Under the pieces are notes generated by a model, which worked only from the letters and a program-made list of their open reading frames with translations, made no database searches and was not told the origin of the DNA. From assembly GCF_009914755.1 (NCBI RefSeq), contig NC_060932.1: DNA of 64,000 nt; one strand, written 5' to 3'. Positions 34,266-50,701 of the stretch are shown piece after piece. Every line of letters starts with the position of its first letter. Position 1 is the first letter of the stretch. The DNA is from the human T2T-CHM13v2.0 reference genome, Homo sapiens. The position numbers and the translations under genes are program-made.

Positions 34266-34620
34266 CTCGTAAACCTCCACCAAGGGCAGAGTAGGAGGGA
34301 TGCTGGGCGCCTCCGCCGCTTCCCACGGAGCATGCAGAGGTGAGGCCACCGCCTCTCCATCTACACCCTTTCTTCTCAGACTCCTGCACTCTCCCAGGAA
34401 GCCCTACCATCCTAGTTATCCCTGGCTGGCGCCACCCACCCGCGCTTCTCTCCAATACAGCCACAGCCCTGCCCAGGTGGGACAGGGCATCCTGCCGCCA
34501 CAGAGGCTCTGATTGGCCCAGAATGAGCACATGACACCATCCACAGACCAACCAGCACTCCGAGGGGGTGTGGCCTGAGGCTGGTAGCCGCCCCCACCCA
34601 GCAGGGGTCCCTCCTAGGTC
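34266..34620 (-). promoter_or_regulatory. ZFAT: Candidate alternative ZFAT promoter / non-coding first exon (probable placental imprinted DMR region)
   Basis: CpG-rich. Minus-strand NF-Y box ggccaatcagag (34507-34518), KLF/SP boxes (34564-34574, ~34588-34599), donor GAG|GTAATT with exon end 34266. It lies ~16.4 kb from exon 1, the spacing I recall for the alternative TSS. Confidence 0.62.
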
Positions 34621-34747
34621 TCTGGGAGCCCACTCCAGTCCCAGGAGGCTGCAGGCGAGAAGCGCCCAGCGTCTAGAAAAACTTGGACTCTACGTATCTC
34701 TCTCAGGCATATTAAAGGTTCTGAGCTGCCATCAGTCAGGAAACTAA

Positions 34748-35245
<498 letters not shown>

Positions 35246-35281
35246 TTTTTTTGTATTTTTAGTAGAGAAGGGGTTTCACCA

Positions 35282-35600
<319 letters not shown>

Positions 35601-35875
35601 AGAAGGGGTTTCACCATGTTGGCCAGGCTGATCTTAAATCCCTGGGCTCAAGTGATCCGCCTGCCTCGGCCTCCCAAAGCGCTGGGATTACAGGCGTGAG
35701 CCACCGCACCCAGCCAGTACAACAATATTTAACATGCTCAGTGCTGAGCAACAGACCCCTATGTCACATAGTCCCTCCTACCTGCTCAGACTGCACACAC
35801 AGCAAACTCCAAAAGCCCTGGGATAAGGGAGCCACCAGGGCCGGTCAGGAACACGCAGAAGGAGGACCCAACTGG

Positions 35876-36174
35876 GGCCAGGTGCGGTGGCTCACGCCTG
35901 TAATCCCAGCACTTTGGGAGGCCGAGGTGGGTGGATTACTTGAGGTCAGGAGTTCGAGACCAGCCTGGCCAACATGGCAAAACCCCGTCTCTATTAAACA
36001 TACAAAAAAAATTAGCTGTGCGTGGTGGCAGATGCCTGTAGTCCCAGCTACTCTGGAGGCTGAGGCAGAAGAATTGCTTGAACCCAGGAGGTGGAGCTGA
36101 GTGAGCTGAGATCACGCCACTTCACTCCAGCCTGGGTGAAGGAGCGAGACTCCATCTCAAAAAAAAAAAAAAAA
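35876..36174 (+). mobile_element. Alu (AluS-type)
   Basis: Full dimer with polyA. Confidence 0.92.
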
Positions 36175-39100
36175 GAATGACCTAAATAATAGCAGAAGGA
36201 GAAGGAGGCAAGGGAAGGCAGAAGAGATAGAGAGCATGCCCAGAAGAGGCAGCGGGGGAACCTGACAGCGCAGGACAGCCAACTATTCAGACACTCCAGT
36301 AGTCTTGCTAAAGAATTCTGAACTAAAATAATATGACCAATAATAAAGAATGCCCTGATCAAATCTATGTTCCTTGCATCCAAGAATTCCAAACACCATG
36401 CCCCACACAAATCGCTCATGCCCCCTCTTCCCTGGGACATTCTGGTAGAAGCGTCAGACGGTCAGGTGAATCGTCAAAGCCACTGTGTCCCAAAGAGGAA
36501 CTCTCCTCCCACTCAACAGAACCAGCCTCCCGGACACCCCCAGGGATCCAGGGCACAGCACCCTCCTGGCCACCCTCTCACCTTTGACTCCTCCCCTGGA
36601 AGGGCACCAAGAAGCAGTCACCAAATCCCATCAATGTTCCTGCCTACCTGATGTCTAGCCATCAGTTCCCATCACCAAAACTCTTTTCCCAATTCAAGCC
36701 CTTCTGTGGGCATTTCTTACATAGTCTTCCCATTAGAGAGCAAAGACCAAAGGAGATTAAAAAGGAAAAGTACAGAATGTTTTTCTTGATTACTTTGTCT
36801 TCTAAAAATTTAGAGCAGGAGAAAGAGAAGAAGAGGAGAGTGAGATCAACATTAAAAAGGCAGAATCAAAGCCTGGTGTTCCAGGGCACCTTGTATTTCT
36901 GCAACTGTATCTCTATATTCCCACATTTCCCTAAAGTCCAATGATCTTAATCATTGCCCCTCACCCCCTCCCCGCATTGCGTAGGGAACTGAGGATAAAG
37001 CCAGGGTCCACACCTGAGAGCAGGTCAAACCCACCACAAGGGCAAACAGCAAACTCTGGCAGGAAAGGGTTAATAACCCCAAAGTATGAAATGCTTCTAT
37101 CAATCTCTAAGGAACAATAAGGCTCAAAGAGGGAAAGGAACAGAGACATGAAAGCAATGACAATAGAGGAAATAAAAGGAGCTAACCCACAGCCTGCAGG
37201 TATAAAGACCTGTGCTTTGGGACCACACTGACCTGGGTGAGTCTGGCTGCACTCCTAGTGAGGAGTGGACTCTGTGCCATGACTCTGCCCTGCTGAGCCC
37301 GTTTCCTAATCTGTATAATGGCAATAACAGCATCTGCCTCCCTGGGTCCTCATTAAATTAAATGAGGTAGGGTGGGAAGAGCTGACGGCCCAGGTGCTCA
37401 AGAAATGTGATGGAGTCCACTCAGTAGCCTGAAAAGAGCACAGTTTGGTTTGGGATTGGACAGCCCAAAGCTCAAATCCTGGCTGGACCACCTACCAGCA
37501 TGTGACCAAACCTCTCTGTCCCTCCGTTTATTTGTCTGTAAATCAAAGATAATATCCCAACATGAGAGAACTGCAGTTACGCTGGCAGAGAACGATGGCT
37601 GGAGAGCACCTCACACAGCACTGGGACACGGTGGAAGCTATGATTGCAGATAACCTCTCTGGTGGTTAAGAACGTGAGTGCTAGAGCTTCATGCTGTCGG
37701 GATGGACAAGGCACCGGGGCAGGAGCCTCGGCTCAGGCAGAAGGCTGGCACGCACCCGTGGGGAGCTAAGTGGCATACAGGCAGTGGGGCCAAGGACAGC
37801 TGCAAGTCCTGTGCATTGTCAGGCAGTGATACTCCCCGACAGACTTTGAAAAGCTGCAAGCTGCCTCTGATGGAGTCTTAGGCGCTGAGTTCAACGTGGG
37901 CTTGCTCAGCAAGAACTCTCAAGATCACCTCAAAAACACTTCCTGAGCACCAGCCAGTCCAGTGTGTACCTCACCTGATTTGGTTCTTCAGAGAATAAAA
38001 TCCTCAGATGACATGTTTAGCTACAGTTTTGTAGAAATGGAAACTGAGGCTCAAAGAAGTCACAAGAACTATCACATTGTTGGTCTAAAATGCAAAGCTA
38101 GGTCTCCGGGACTCCAAAGCCAGTGCTATTTCCCAGAGCCCACATTTCTGAGGTGGGGGACCCCACAAACACCCAACTCAGCAAGAAGCAAGGCCAAGGA
38201 GAGGAGAGAAAGGCAGGCTAGATGGATGGGGAGTTGACCCTGCCAATGGAGGTAGAGACTCAGGACATGGGCAGGGCCTCACAAGCCAGAGGCTACTGGA
38301 TGGCTCAGCCAGAGTGCTGGCACCTCCAGCAGGAGAGCAGCCGGCTGAGCACACTCCCCTCCCTCCACCCCAGTGCTCGGCAGCTCAGGCCTGACCCCTG
38401 TACAAAGAATGCACACGGACCTGGAAGTTCACTGTCGGACTCCGGGCTGTGATTACCCCACCTCAGAGGAGCTCTGGCCAGTCCGGGGGGAGGCAGAGGC
38501 TGCGTACCTTGTCGGGCTCCCTCATGCTTCCCTGCCTTGCCCCCTGCTGTATCCCCTTGGCCTGGTCACTCTGCTCAAACATCATCCTGTGGCTTTCCTG
38601 AGCCCCTCGCCCAGCCCAGGCAGAAGTGACTGGCAGTGACCATGTCACTGATCCCCCTACTCTACCTTGTACAAGCTTCTGGCACTGCCCAAGCGACCCT
38701 TGTACAAGTGAGTAAGTTCAAATCGAGAGACAGGGTTGTGTCGCCATCACCACAGTCAAGACACAGACCAGTCCCAAGTGCCCACACCAAGCTTCCGGTG
38801 CCTCTTCAGTCAGTGCCCTCACCCCCCACCCCCATGTAAATGTGTGTTTATGGTAAATACACATAAAATGTACCATCTTAACTATTTGTAGGTATACAGT
38901 TCAGTGGCATTAGATACATTCACATTGTTGTGCAACCATCTCGACCATCCATCACCAGAAATTTTTCATCTTACAAAACCGAAACTCTATGTCCATTAAA
39001 CACTAACTCCGGATGCCTCCTCCCCCAGCTCCTGGCAACCACCATCCTACATTCTGTCTCTTTGAATTTAACTACTCTAGGAATCTCATGTAAGGGTAAT

Positions 39101-39679
39101 CATTTGGTAATTGTCTTTTTGTGACTATCTTATTTCACTGTGCACAATGGCCTCAAGGTTCATCATGTGGTAGCCCGTGTCAGGTTTCCACCCTTTTTAA
39201 GGCTGAATAATACTTTATTCTATGTATACATTACATTTTGCTTAGCCTTTCATCCCTTAGTTTGTTCCCAAGTTTTAGCTATTATGAATAATGCTGTTAT
39301 GAACATGGGTATACAAATATCTCTTTGAGACTCTGCTTTCAATTTTGGGAAATATATTCCAAGAAGCGAAGTTGCTAAATCACATGGTAATTCTATCTGT
39401 AATTTTTTGAGAGATTTCCATACTGTTTTCCACAGCAGCTGCACTGTTTTTACATTCCAACAAACAGTGAACAAAGGTTCTAATTTCTCCCATCCTCAAA
39501 GTATGTTGTCTTTTGTGTCTGGCTTCTTTAATACGACCTTGAGATTAGTCCAGGTTGTTGCCTGCATCACTTTTTCATCCTTTTTCATTGCCAAGTAGTA
39601 TTCCTTTGTATGGATATACCACAATTTGTTTAGCTATTCACCAGCTAATGAGCATTTGGGCTGGTTCCAGTTTGGGGCT

Positions 39680-40095
39680 TGCTATGCTTTCAATGTTCCC
39701 TCCAGAAATACATGTTGAAACTTAATCCCCAATGTGGCACTGCTGAGAGGTGGGGCCTTTAAGATGTGATTGGACCATGATGGCTCTGCTCTCATGAATG
39801 AATTAAAGAGTTAATGGATTAATGGGTTATGATGGGAGTAGAACTGGTGGCTTTATAAGAAGAGGAAAAGAGTCCTGATCATAGTACATTAGCAAACTCG
39901 GCCCCTTGCCATTGATACCCTGTGCCACCTTGGGACTCTTCAAAAAGTACCCACCCAGCAAGAAGGCCCTCACCAGATGCAGCCCCTTGACCTTGGCCTT
40001 CTCAGCCTCCAGAACTATAAGAAATAAATTCCTTTCCTTATAAATTACCCAACTTCAGGTATTCTGTTATAAGCAACAGAAATCAGACTAAGACA
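39680..40095 (+). mobile_element. Solo MaLR LTR (MST family)
   Basis: tgctatg...agcaacagaaatcagactaagaca with 5-bp TSD gggct (39675-39679 and 40096-40100). Confidence 0.88.
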
Positions 40096-40198
40096 GGGCT
40101 ATTACAAATAAAGCTGCTATGAACATGTGCATACCTGTCTTCAGATAGACATAGGTTTCATTTTTCTTGGAATAGGATTGCTACCTTTTATGGTAAGT

Positions 40199-40880
<682 letters not shown>

Positions 40881-43019
40881 TAAGTGTACCTTCAACATTG
40901 TAAGAAGCCAGCAAACTATTTTCCAAAGTAGCTGTACCATTTTGCATTCCTACTAATGATGTATCAAAGTTCCAGCTGCTTCACATCCTTATCAGCACTT
41001 GGGATTGTCTTTTTAATTTTTACCATTCTAGTGGGTACGTAGTAGTGTCTCATTGTGATTTTAATTTGCATTTTCCTAGGAACTAGTGATATTGAGCATC
41101 TTTTCATACATTTATTGACCATTTTTATACATTCTTCTGTTAAAGTATCTTTCAAACCTTTTGCTCATTTTAATTAGTTTTGTCTGCCTTACAGACTACG
41201 AGTTCCTTCAGAACAGGTCTCAAGGACCCCTCAATGCCTAATTCCTGGGAGTACCATTCCCATAGAGGATATGTGAGTAGTGCTGTGTGGCCACCTAACG
41301 GCTCATGCCTTGGCCATTGCACGCAGCCCAGATAGGGCCTCACACACAGCAGGCACTTCAGAGATGTTCATGGCCACATCAGCAAGCACAGATGGCCAGT
41401 AGCACTAGGGAGAGATTGAGTGGGGCTGGACAGCCACAGGGACCAGCCTGAGCTTCTGTATCCTCACTTGGAAAGCAGAGATAATAAGCCCACCTTGCAG
41501 AGCTTTTGTGAAGAATAAACTAAAGAATGGGTGTGAAGCACCTGACTGAGCAGGTCTACAGAAATGATAGTTATGACCAGACCCTATCTTATTCCCCTGC
41601 AACTGCATGAGGGATTAGATCCAATCCCTCCTCATGCATTTAATTCTCCCAGATACTATTAAAAGTGATAAAATGTTCAGGGAAAGAAGGTGAAGACTGA
41701 CAGAGGGAGAATGGAAGGGGAAGAGAGGAGAGGGAAAGAAGGAAAAAACAGATGGTGGAAAAGAGTAAAGTCCCCTGCCATATGCCAGGTATGTTCCCAA
41801 TCCTCCTCTATGAAAACTCTACGAGCATGCTACCAAATAGGTCTGTGGGGACCATTTTCATGTAATATATAATATAGGAGGCAATGGTGACTCAAGATAC
41901 TTGCCAAGGTCCCAGGGCTGTTAGACAGCAGGACCAGGACTTCACCCAGTTCTGCTTCCCCCCAGGGCCCCTTTTCCCTGCATTACCTGAGCCTGGTTCC
42001 CTGTGGGGCTCTCTCCCCGAGGAAGGGTCTTCCCAAGATGCTTCCAGGAACCTGGCTAGCCCTGAACAAGCCCCTTGCACCAACTCAGAAACAAAAACAG
42101 GCAGAATTCAAAAGATGCTTCTCTCTACCACCACAGGAGGAAATTGAAGATTACAGACCCAGGGCTGCACGTAGGAAACCTGCAGAGTTTTCATGTCCCT
42201 GAGCCTGTTATGTTCACCATTCCTCTTCCCCTAGAAACAAACATGGATGGAATGCCTGCAGGTCCCTAAGGTAAAAGCCAAGCCCTCACCAGTCCCAGGG
42301 GCTTCCTCTCTGAACTATTTCTCTAAATCTGTCCCTTCTCATCCCTACAGCCTGGACTGCACTAGGACAGCACCTAATGAAACTCTCCTGCCTGCACTTT
42401 TGTCCCTCCAAAAAGTGTTCTCTTGCTTATTCTTTATACTTCAAAAATTACTACAAAGCTGTAGTAATCAAGGCAGTGTGGTACTGATAAAGAATAAACA
42501 AATAGAGCAATGGAACAGACCAGACAGTTCAGGAGTGAACTGATGCATAATTTTCAAGAAAAGAGCCAAAGTAACTCAATGGAGGAAGAAAAGGTTCTTC
42601 TAACAAATGAGGCTAGAAAAACTGGATATCCACGTGCAAGAAAAAAACATTCTCCATCCCTACTTCATACCATACACACACTTATTAGAGATAGACAGTA
42701 GACCTAACAAAAGCAAGAAATATAAACCTTTAAAAAAAAAAACAAAAAAACTTAGGAGATTTTCTTTGGACCTTAAAGTAGGAAAACATTTCTTAAGAGA
42801 AGATACAAAAAGCACTTCCGATAAATGTAAAAATAATGGCAAATAAAACTCCAATAAAATCACAAACTTCTGTTCATCAAAAGATAAAAGACAAATAGGT
42901 AAGCAGAAATTGGGAGAAAATATGCACAACATACACACACACACATATATACAACAAAAGACAAATATCCAGAATATATAAAGAACTCTTACATTCCAGC
43001 AACAAAAAGACAATAAACC

Positions 43020-43353
43020 CTATTTATGTATTTACTTACCTATTTATTTATTTTTAGAGAAACTGTTTCACTGATGCCCAGGCTGGAGTGCAATGGCATG
43101 TTCACAGCTCACTGCAGCCTTGAATTCCTGGGCTCAAGTGATCCTCCCACCTCAGCCTCCTGATTAGCTGGGACCAAAGGCATCCACCACCATGCCCAGC
43201 TGGTTTTTTTTTGTTTTTTTTTTTTTTGTAGAGCTGGGATCTCACTATGTTGTATGTTGCCAAGGATAATCTTGAACTCCTGTCCTCAAGCAGTCCTCCC
43301 ACCTCAGACTCCCAAAATGCTGAGATTGAAGGCATGAGCCACCACACTCAGCC
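43020..43353 (-). mobile_element. Alu (AluJ-like)
   Basis: cagctcactgcagccttgaattcctgggctcaagtgatcc. Confidence 0.85.
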
Positions 43354-43357
43354 CCCA

Positions 43358-43688
<331 letters not shown>

Positions 43689-44200
43689 TAGCCCAAAGAC
43701 TTGAATAGACACATCTCTAAAGATGACACAAATGGCCAATAAGCACAAGAAAAAATGCCCAACATCATTGGTCATCAGGGAAATGCAAATTAAGGGAGAT
43801 ACCACTGCATATCCTCTAGGGAAGGCAAAATGAAAGACTGACAACACCAAATGCTGGTGAGGACAGAGAGCAAGCAGAATTCTCTGACGTTGCTGATGGG
43901 AATGTAAAATGATACAAACTACTCTGGAAAGCTATTTGGAAGTTTCTTAAAAAGATAAACATAACTACTCTATAACCCAGAAATTCCACTCCTATGTACT
44001 TATTAACCCAGAAGAAATGAAAATAAATATCCACAAAAAGGCTTGTACGGGAACATTCACTGCAGCTTTATTCCCAATAACGAAAAACTGGAAATAGACT
44101 ATGGCTGTATCCACGCAACAGAAAGAAACAAACTACTGAATCTCAGAAGCTTTATGTTGAATAAAGGAAACCAGACACAAAAGAATTATATGATGTTCTA

Positions 44201-44552
<352 letters not shown>

Positions 44553-45689
44553 CTAGTGGTTGCTTGGGGTGAGGAGCAGGGATGGGATAGTAAGGGGCAA
44601 GAGAAAACTTTCTGGGCTGATGAAAAAGTTCTGTATATTGTTAGGAGTGTGGGTTATGTGAGTGGTCAAACTCTACACTTAAGGTCTATGCATTTCAGCA
44701 TGTATATAGTACGCCAAAAAAAAAAAAAAGAAAGAAAGAAAAAACCTGTCTCCTGGCAGCTGCCAGAGATCTTTCTTTCTGAAAGGCTAATTAGCCAGCC
44801 TTGTTATCTTCCTGTCCCTCAACATTTCCAAGATAAAGTCCTGACAGCTTCCCACTACTCAAAGGCCCTTCATCACAGACCTCCAGCACCCCATGCCCCT
44901 CCCCAAACTCAGTGCTCACCTGGTCACAAAGGGTGGGTCACACCTGTGTCACTGTACCAGCTGTCCTTTCTACAGGGCACCTCTGCTCACCCTACAAGAC
45001 CCAGCTCAAAACATCTCCTCCTTCAGGAAGCCTTCCCACAATCCCTGGGGCTGGGGTAGATGCACCCCCTCTGAAACCCTCAATACTCAAGGCTTACTTC
45101 CATCACAGCACCTAGACCCATTCCTACAGGAATCCGTTTTCCACTGCCAGGACTGCATGAAATCCTCAAGAGGAAAGAACATGTCATATTGGACTTTGCA
45201 TGCCTAGCAAACAGCACAAAGTTTGGCATAAACATCTAGGTAAACTGATGACCAGCCTAATAGTAAAAAAAAAATTAATAAGCAATAATAATAACCCTAA
45301 GGGGCAGAGAAATGGTAGCCACTCCTGAAGAAGAGGCCCACCAGCAGGGACACAAGGAGAATATCTAACACTAAGAAAGAAGCCAGTTAGAGCCCTACAA
45401 GAAGTCTTGGGGCTGAATTAAAATGCCCTCCAGCAATGCCAGGACACCCCAAGCTCTCCTGGTCCTTGGCTCCAGGTCCCATGGCTGAGCTGGTCCTCTT
45501 TTCCCCCACTGCCCACTATGGGATGCTGCCCCTTTCTTATTCAGACAACCCGCAGCTTCCACTGGCATCCTCTAAGGCCAGGTCCCTACCCCACCCATCC
45601 TGCCTTGATCAGACTGTGTTGAACACAAAGGCATCCGATTCCAGAGTTCCACCTTTTGCAGCTCCATGTATTACATGATTTAAAATAAC

Positions 45690-46315
45690 TCAAAAGATTT
45701 GAAACCAGTATATTGAAAGGAATGACTGAACCATGTTCACTGTTGTGCTATTCACAATAGTCAAGTATGGAATCGGCCTCAGTGGCCAACAACACATGAA
45801 TGATTTTTTTAATGTGGGACATATACACAACGGAATATTATTCAGCTGTAAAAAAGAAATGTTGTCGTTTGTGACAACATGGATGAAACTGGAGAACACT
45901 GTCCTAAGTAAAATATGCCAGCACAGAAGGACAAACACTGCATGTTTTCTCTTACATGTGAACTCTAAAACAATGGAGCTCAAAGAAGCAGAGAGTAGAA
46001 TGGTGGGTACCAGAGCCTGAAGGTGTAGGAAGAAATGATGATCAAAGGGTACAAAGCCTCAATTAGACAAGAGGAATCGTTTTTTTCTTTGAGACATATT
46101 GCACAGCATGGTGAATACAGTAATAACGTACATTTCAAATTTGCTAAGAGTAAATTTTAAATGTTTACTTACCACAAAATGATAACTATTTGAGCTGATG
46201 GATATGTTAATTAGCTTGATTTAATTATTCCACATTATACTCATAAATCATAACATCACATTATACCCCGTAAAGAAACAAATATGTCGTTACAGTTTTT
46301 TTAATTTAAAAAAAG
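45690..46315 (+). mobile_element. L1MA-type 3' end
   Basis: gacaacatggatgaaactggagaac, caaagggtacaaag, gatggatatgttaattagcttgatttaa. Confidence 0.8.
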
Positions 46316-46386
46316 ATTATGTTACCCAATTTTAAGTCCGTGTTTTTCTATAAATATGCCAAGCATTATCTTTATAAGTAAACTCA

Positions 46387-46816
<430 letters not shown>

Positions 46817-46841
46817 ATGACTTATTTAAAAAAAATTACTC

Positions 46842-47052
46842 GGCTGGGCACAGTGACTCAAGCCTATAATCCTAGCATTTCAGGAGGCCGAGGCCAGTGG
46901 ATCTCTTAGGCTGAGTTCAATACCAGCCTGGTCAACCTGGTGACACCCCATCTCTACAAAAAATACAAAAATTAGCCAGGTGTGGTGGTGCACCCCTGTA
47001 GTCCCAGCTATTCAGGAGGCTGATGTGGGAGGGTGGCCTGAGCCTGGGAGTC
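46842..47052 (+). mobile_element. 3'-truncated Alu (AluJ-like)
   Basis: ggctgggcacagtgactca...gagcctgggag, then abrupt end. Confidence 0.85.
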
Positions 47053-48034
47053 TCTGCCTTTCCATCCACAAATGCTTTCAAGAAGAGAGTGGATGACAAT
47101 GTACTGAGCTGTACACTGGGAAGTCTGGTTCTGGGAAGGGAAGAGACAAACCCCATTTCCTGAATGCCATCAGCAGCCACCTGTGGCAGGACTGTGTCTC
47201 CTTTGCCGGTGAAGGGACTGGGGTCCCAAGGGTTCTGTGACTTCCCTTAGGTCAGGAATCTGGTGAGAGGCAGATCTCTGGAGCCAGAGCACGTGCTCTT
47301 TCTACCCTCCTAAATGTTCCAGCCCTTAAAGTTGATGCCTGCCCTTGAGAAATTGCAAATCAGTGAAACTTTAACAGGGTAAACAGCTGAGAAGAGAGGG
47401 AAAACTTAACTCTAGGCTAAATCTCTTTTACGTAATTAAATCAGCCCATCTTGGTGCAGAGTTTTTCAGAGGCTGTATGCTTGAAACTATCTACAAAGGG
47501 AAATGCAATTAAGGAGACTTTTTAATATATCTGATTCTTGACTGCCCTTGCTCTAGGCAAGAGCTTAATTCTACTTAACAATAGCTATCTTGCAAAAGTT
47601 ATGTAAATTGCAAGGTATGGGGAGAAAAGAAACAGGAATCCTTTCACCGGAGGCAAATGAGAAGCCCACTGAGAAGGGAGCACTGCGGTAAGACGGCTCC
47701 AATTCACACAATGACCATCTCAGCTCATTTGCCACCTACAGCTGTGCCCTGTAGACCACATGCAACTCCACCTCCTTATCATTCATTGTACTCCCTTTCC
47801 TAAATTAACCAAAACAGGAAACTCTTTTCAGAAATTAGCTGACCATGAGTTGACAGTAACACATTTTAAAATATGATCTTTTCTCATTTGGTACAGCTGG
47901 AAATTGAAGGAAACTTCAACATATGTCCAGGGTTCTTTTTTAAAACTCTTGGGTAAATTCCAGAAGTGGAGAAGTGGGCAACTCATTCTCTCTATATAAG
48001 CAACAACGTGGGAGGAGGAAGGCACCAATCGAAA

Positions 48035-49284
<1,250 letters not shown>

Positions 49285-49319
49285 CTAAGACAGCACACCT
49301 GAATCAGCTGGGCACCACA

Positions 49320-49488
49320 GCTAATCAGCGCACCTGTGGTCACAGCTACTTGGCAGGCTGAGGCGGGAGGTTTACCTGAGGGCGGGAGGCAGAGGTTGCA
49401 GTGACCCGAGATTGCACCATTGCACCCCGGCCTGAGTGATAGTGCGGGACTCTGTCCCAAAAAATTAAAAAAATTAAATTAAAAAAAA
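49320..49488 (+). mobile_element. Alu right monomer
   Basis: cacctgtggtcacagctact...gaggttgcagtga...A-rich tail. Confidence 0.8.
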
Positions 49489-50558
49489 GCACGCCTGATA
49501 TAGTTCGGGTCTCCTGACCCAATATTCGGCTCTGGGCCCACTCTGTCACTCCAGGACACATTCTCCCACATCTAGCACCGCAGCAGGTGGAGGCAGGACT
49601 ACGACTGGGACTGCTCTTTACCCCTGCCTGGCGTGCAGAGGGGATCCTTGCAAAGCTGTTATTTGAACTAAAGTCAGGAAAGGTGTCCCTGGGGGTTAGA
49701 GGTAGGACACGCTACTTCCTTCAGCATGGGGACACACACTACAGATGTTTCAGTAGATGAACTGGTAGGCTCGGAAGATAAAGCTGGTGAGAGGCAGCTG
49801 TGCGGGGCATCTCCAAAAGGTCACTTGGACTCCAGCAAAAAAAGCCAGACTGATGGGCAGGCGTGATCAGTTAGCGCGTTCGTTCTTTCATTCACTAAGT
49901 ATATAGTGAACACTTACATGAGCCAAGCCCTATTCTAAGAAGATGGAGGTACAAGTCAGGCGAGCACGCAGGAGTTTGGATTTTAGCCCAAGTTGGAGGA
50001 AGTTAATTTTTAAAGCCCCAGCTCTGTCGTTTTTAAACTGTGTAAAGTTGACCTCTCTGAACTTCTGTTCCTCATAATAAATGACCTACAAATTAGAGTT
50101 CTCAAGAGAGCTGAGCAGCAAAACGTGTTAAGTCAGTGCCCAAATGTGGAAGCTTGTGGTAATTACAGGTGAAGGACCCCAAGCTCAAGGTTAAATGACT
50201 TGCACCGGGTGTCAAGTGGAAGATCTGTCACTCTATTAGGTCCAGCCGGCGGCCGGGAAGCCTGCAGGAGGTACTCATTTCGCCAAGGAGGAATCCGAGG
50301 CCAGGCAAGAAGGAAGCCCCGCCAAGGTCCAGTCAAAGAGCTGGCATCGCCGGGATTCGAACCTCGCGCCCACTGCGTTCCGTCGCTGGCCCGCGCCCCA
50401 ACGCCACCCATTGCCGTGGAAACGGCCGGGCGCATGCTCTCCCACTCGCTCCCGCCCTGCTTTTTTTTTTTTTTTTGCGGCGGGATACCCCAGCGACTGA
50501 ACGTGAGCCGCAGAACGCAACTACGTTCGCTCTCCTCCCCAGACCCGGATCCCTCCGC

Positions 50559-50586
50559 GGCCGGCGGCCGGCGGCCGGCGGCCGGC
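50559..50586. repeat. (GGCCGGC)4 perfect tandem repeat
   Basis: Four exact 7-mers read directly. Confidence 0.9.
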
Positions 50587-50682
50587 GCACTGCTTCCCGA
50601 CTCGACGCTCGAAACGGCTTTCCGCGCGCCGCGCCGCGCCCCACCCCCACCCTGTCTCACCCCAACCCCCAGCCCGGCTCAC

Positions 50683-50701
50683 CTGCCGCCCGCGTCTCCA
50701 T
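50683..50701 (-). CDS. ZFAT: ZFAT (zinc finger and AT-hook domain protein) coding part of exon 1
   Basis: gccATG GAG ACG CGG GCG GCA G|GTGAGC = METRAA(E), the ZFAT N-terminus as recalled. Strong Kozak context, phase-1 consensus donor, inside a CpG island. Confidence 0.9.

Noticed and set aside
34349-34360. ATGGAGAGGCGG in the alternative exon resembling ATGGAGACGCGG of exon 1 (exon duplication?)
   Set aside because: Similarity is limited to 12 nt, the flanks do not align and the splice phase differs; likely chance.
50340-50415. tRNA gene suggested by GGTTCGAATCC
   Set aside because: T-stem and acceptor stem do not pair, the A-box is poor, and the context matches a MIR remnant.
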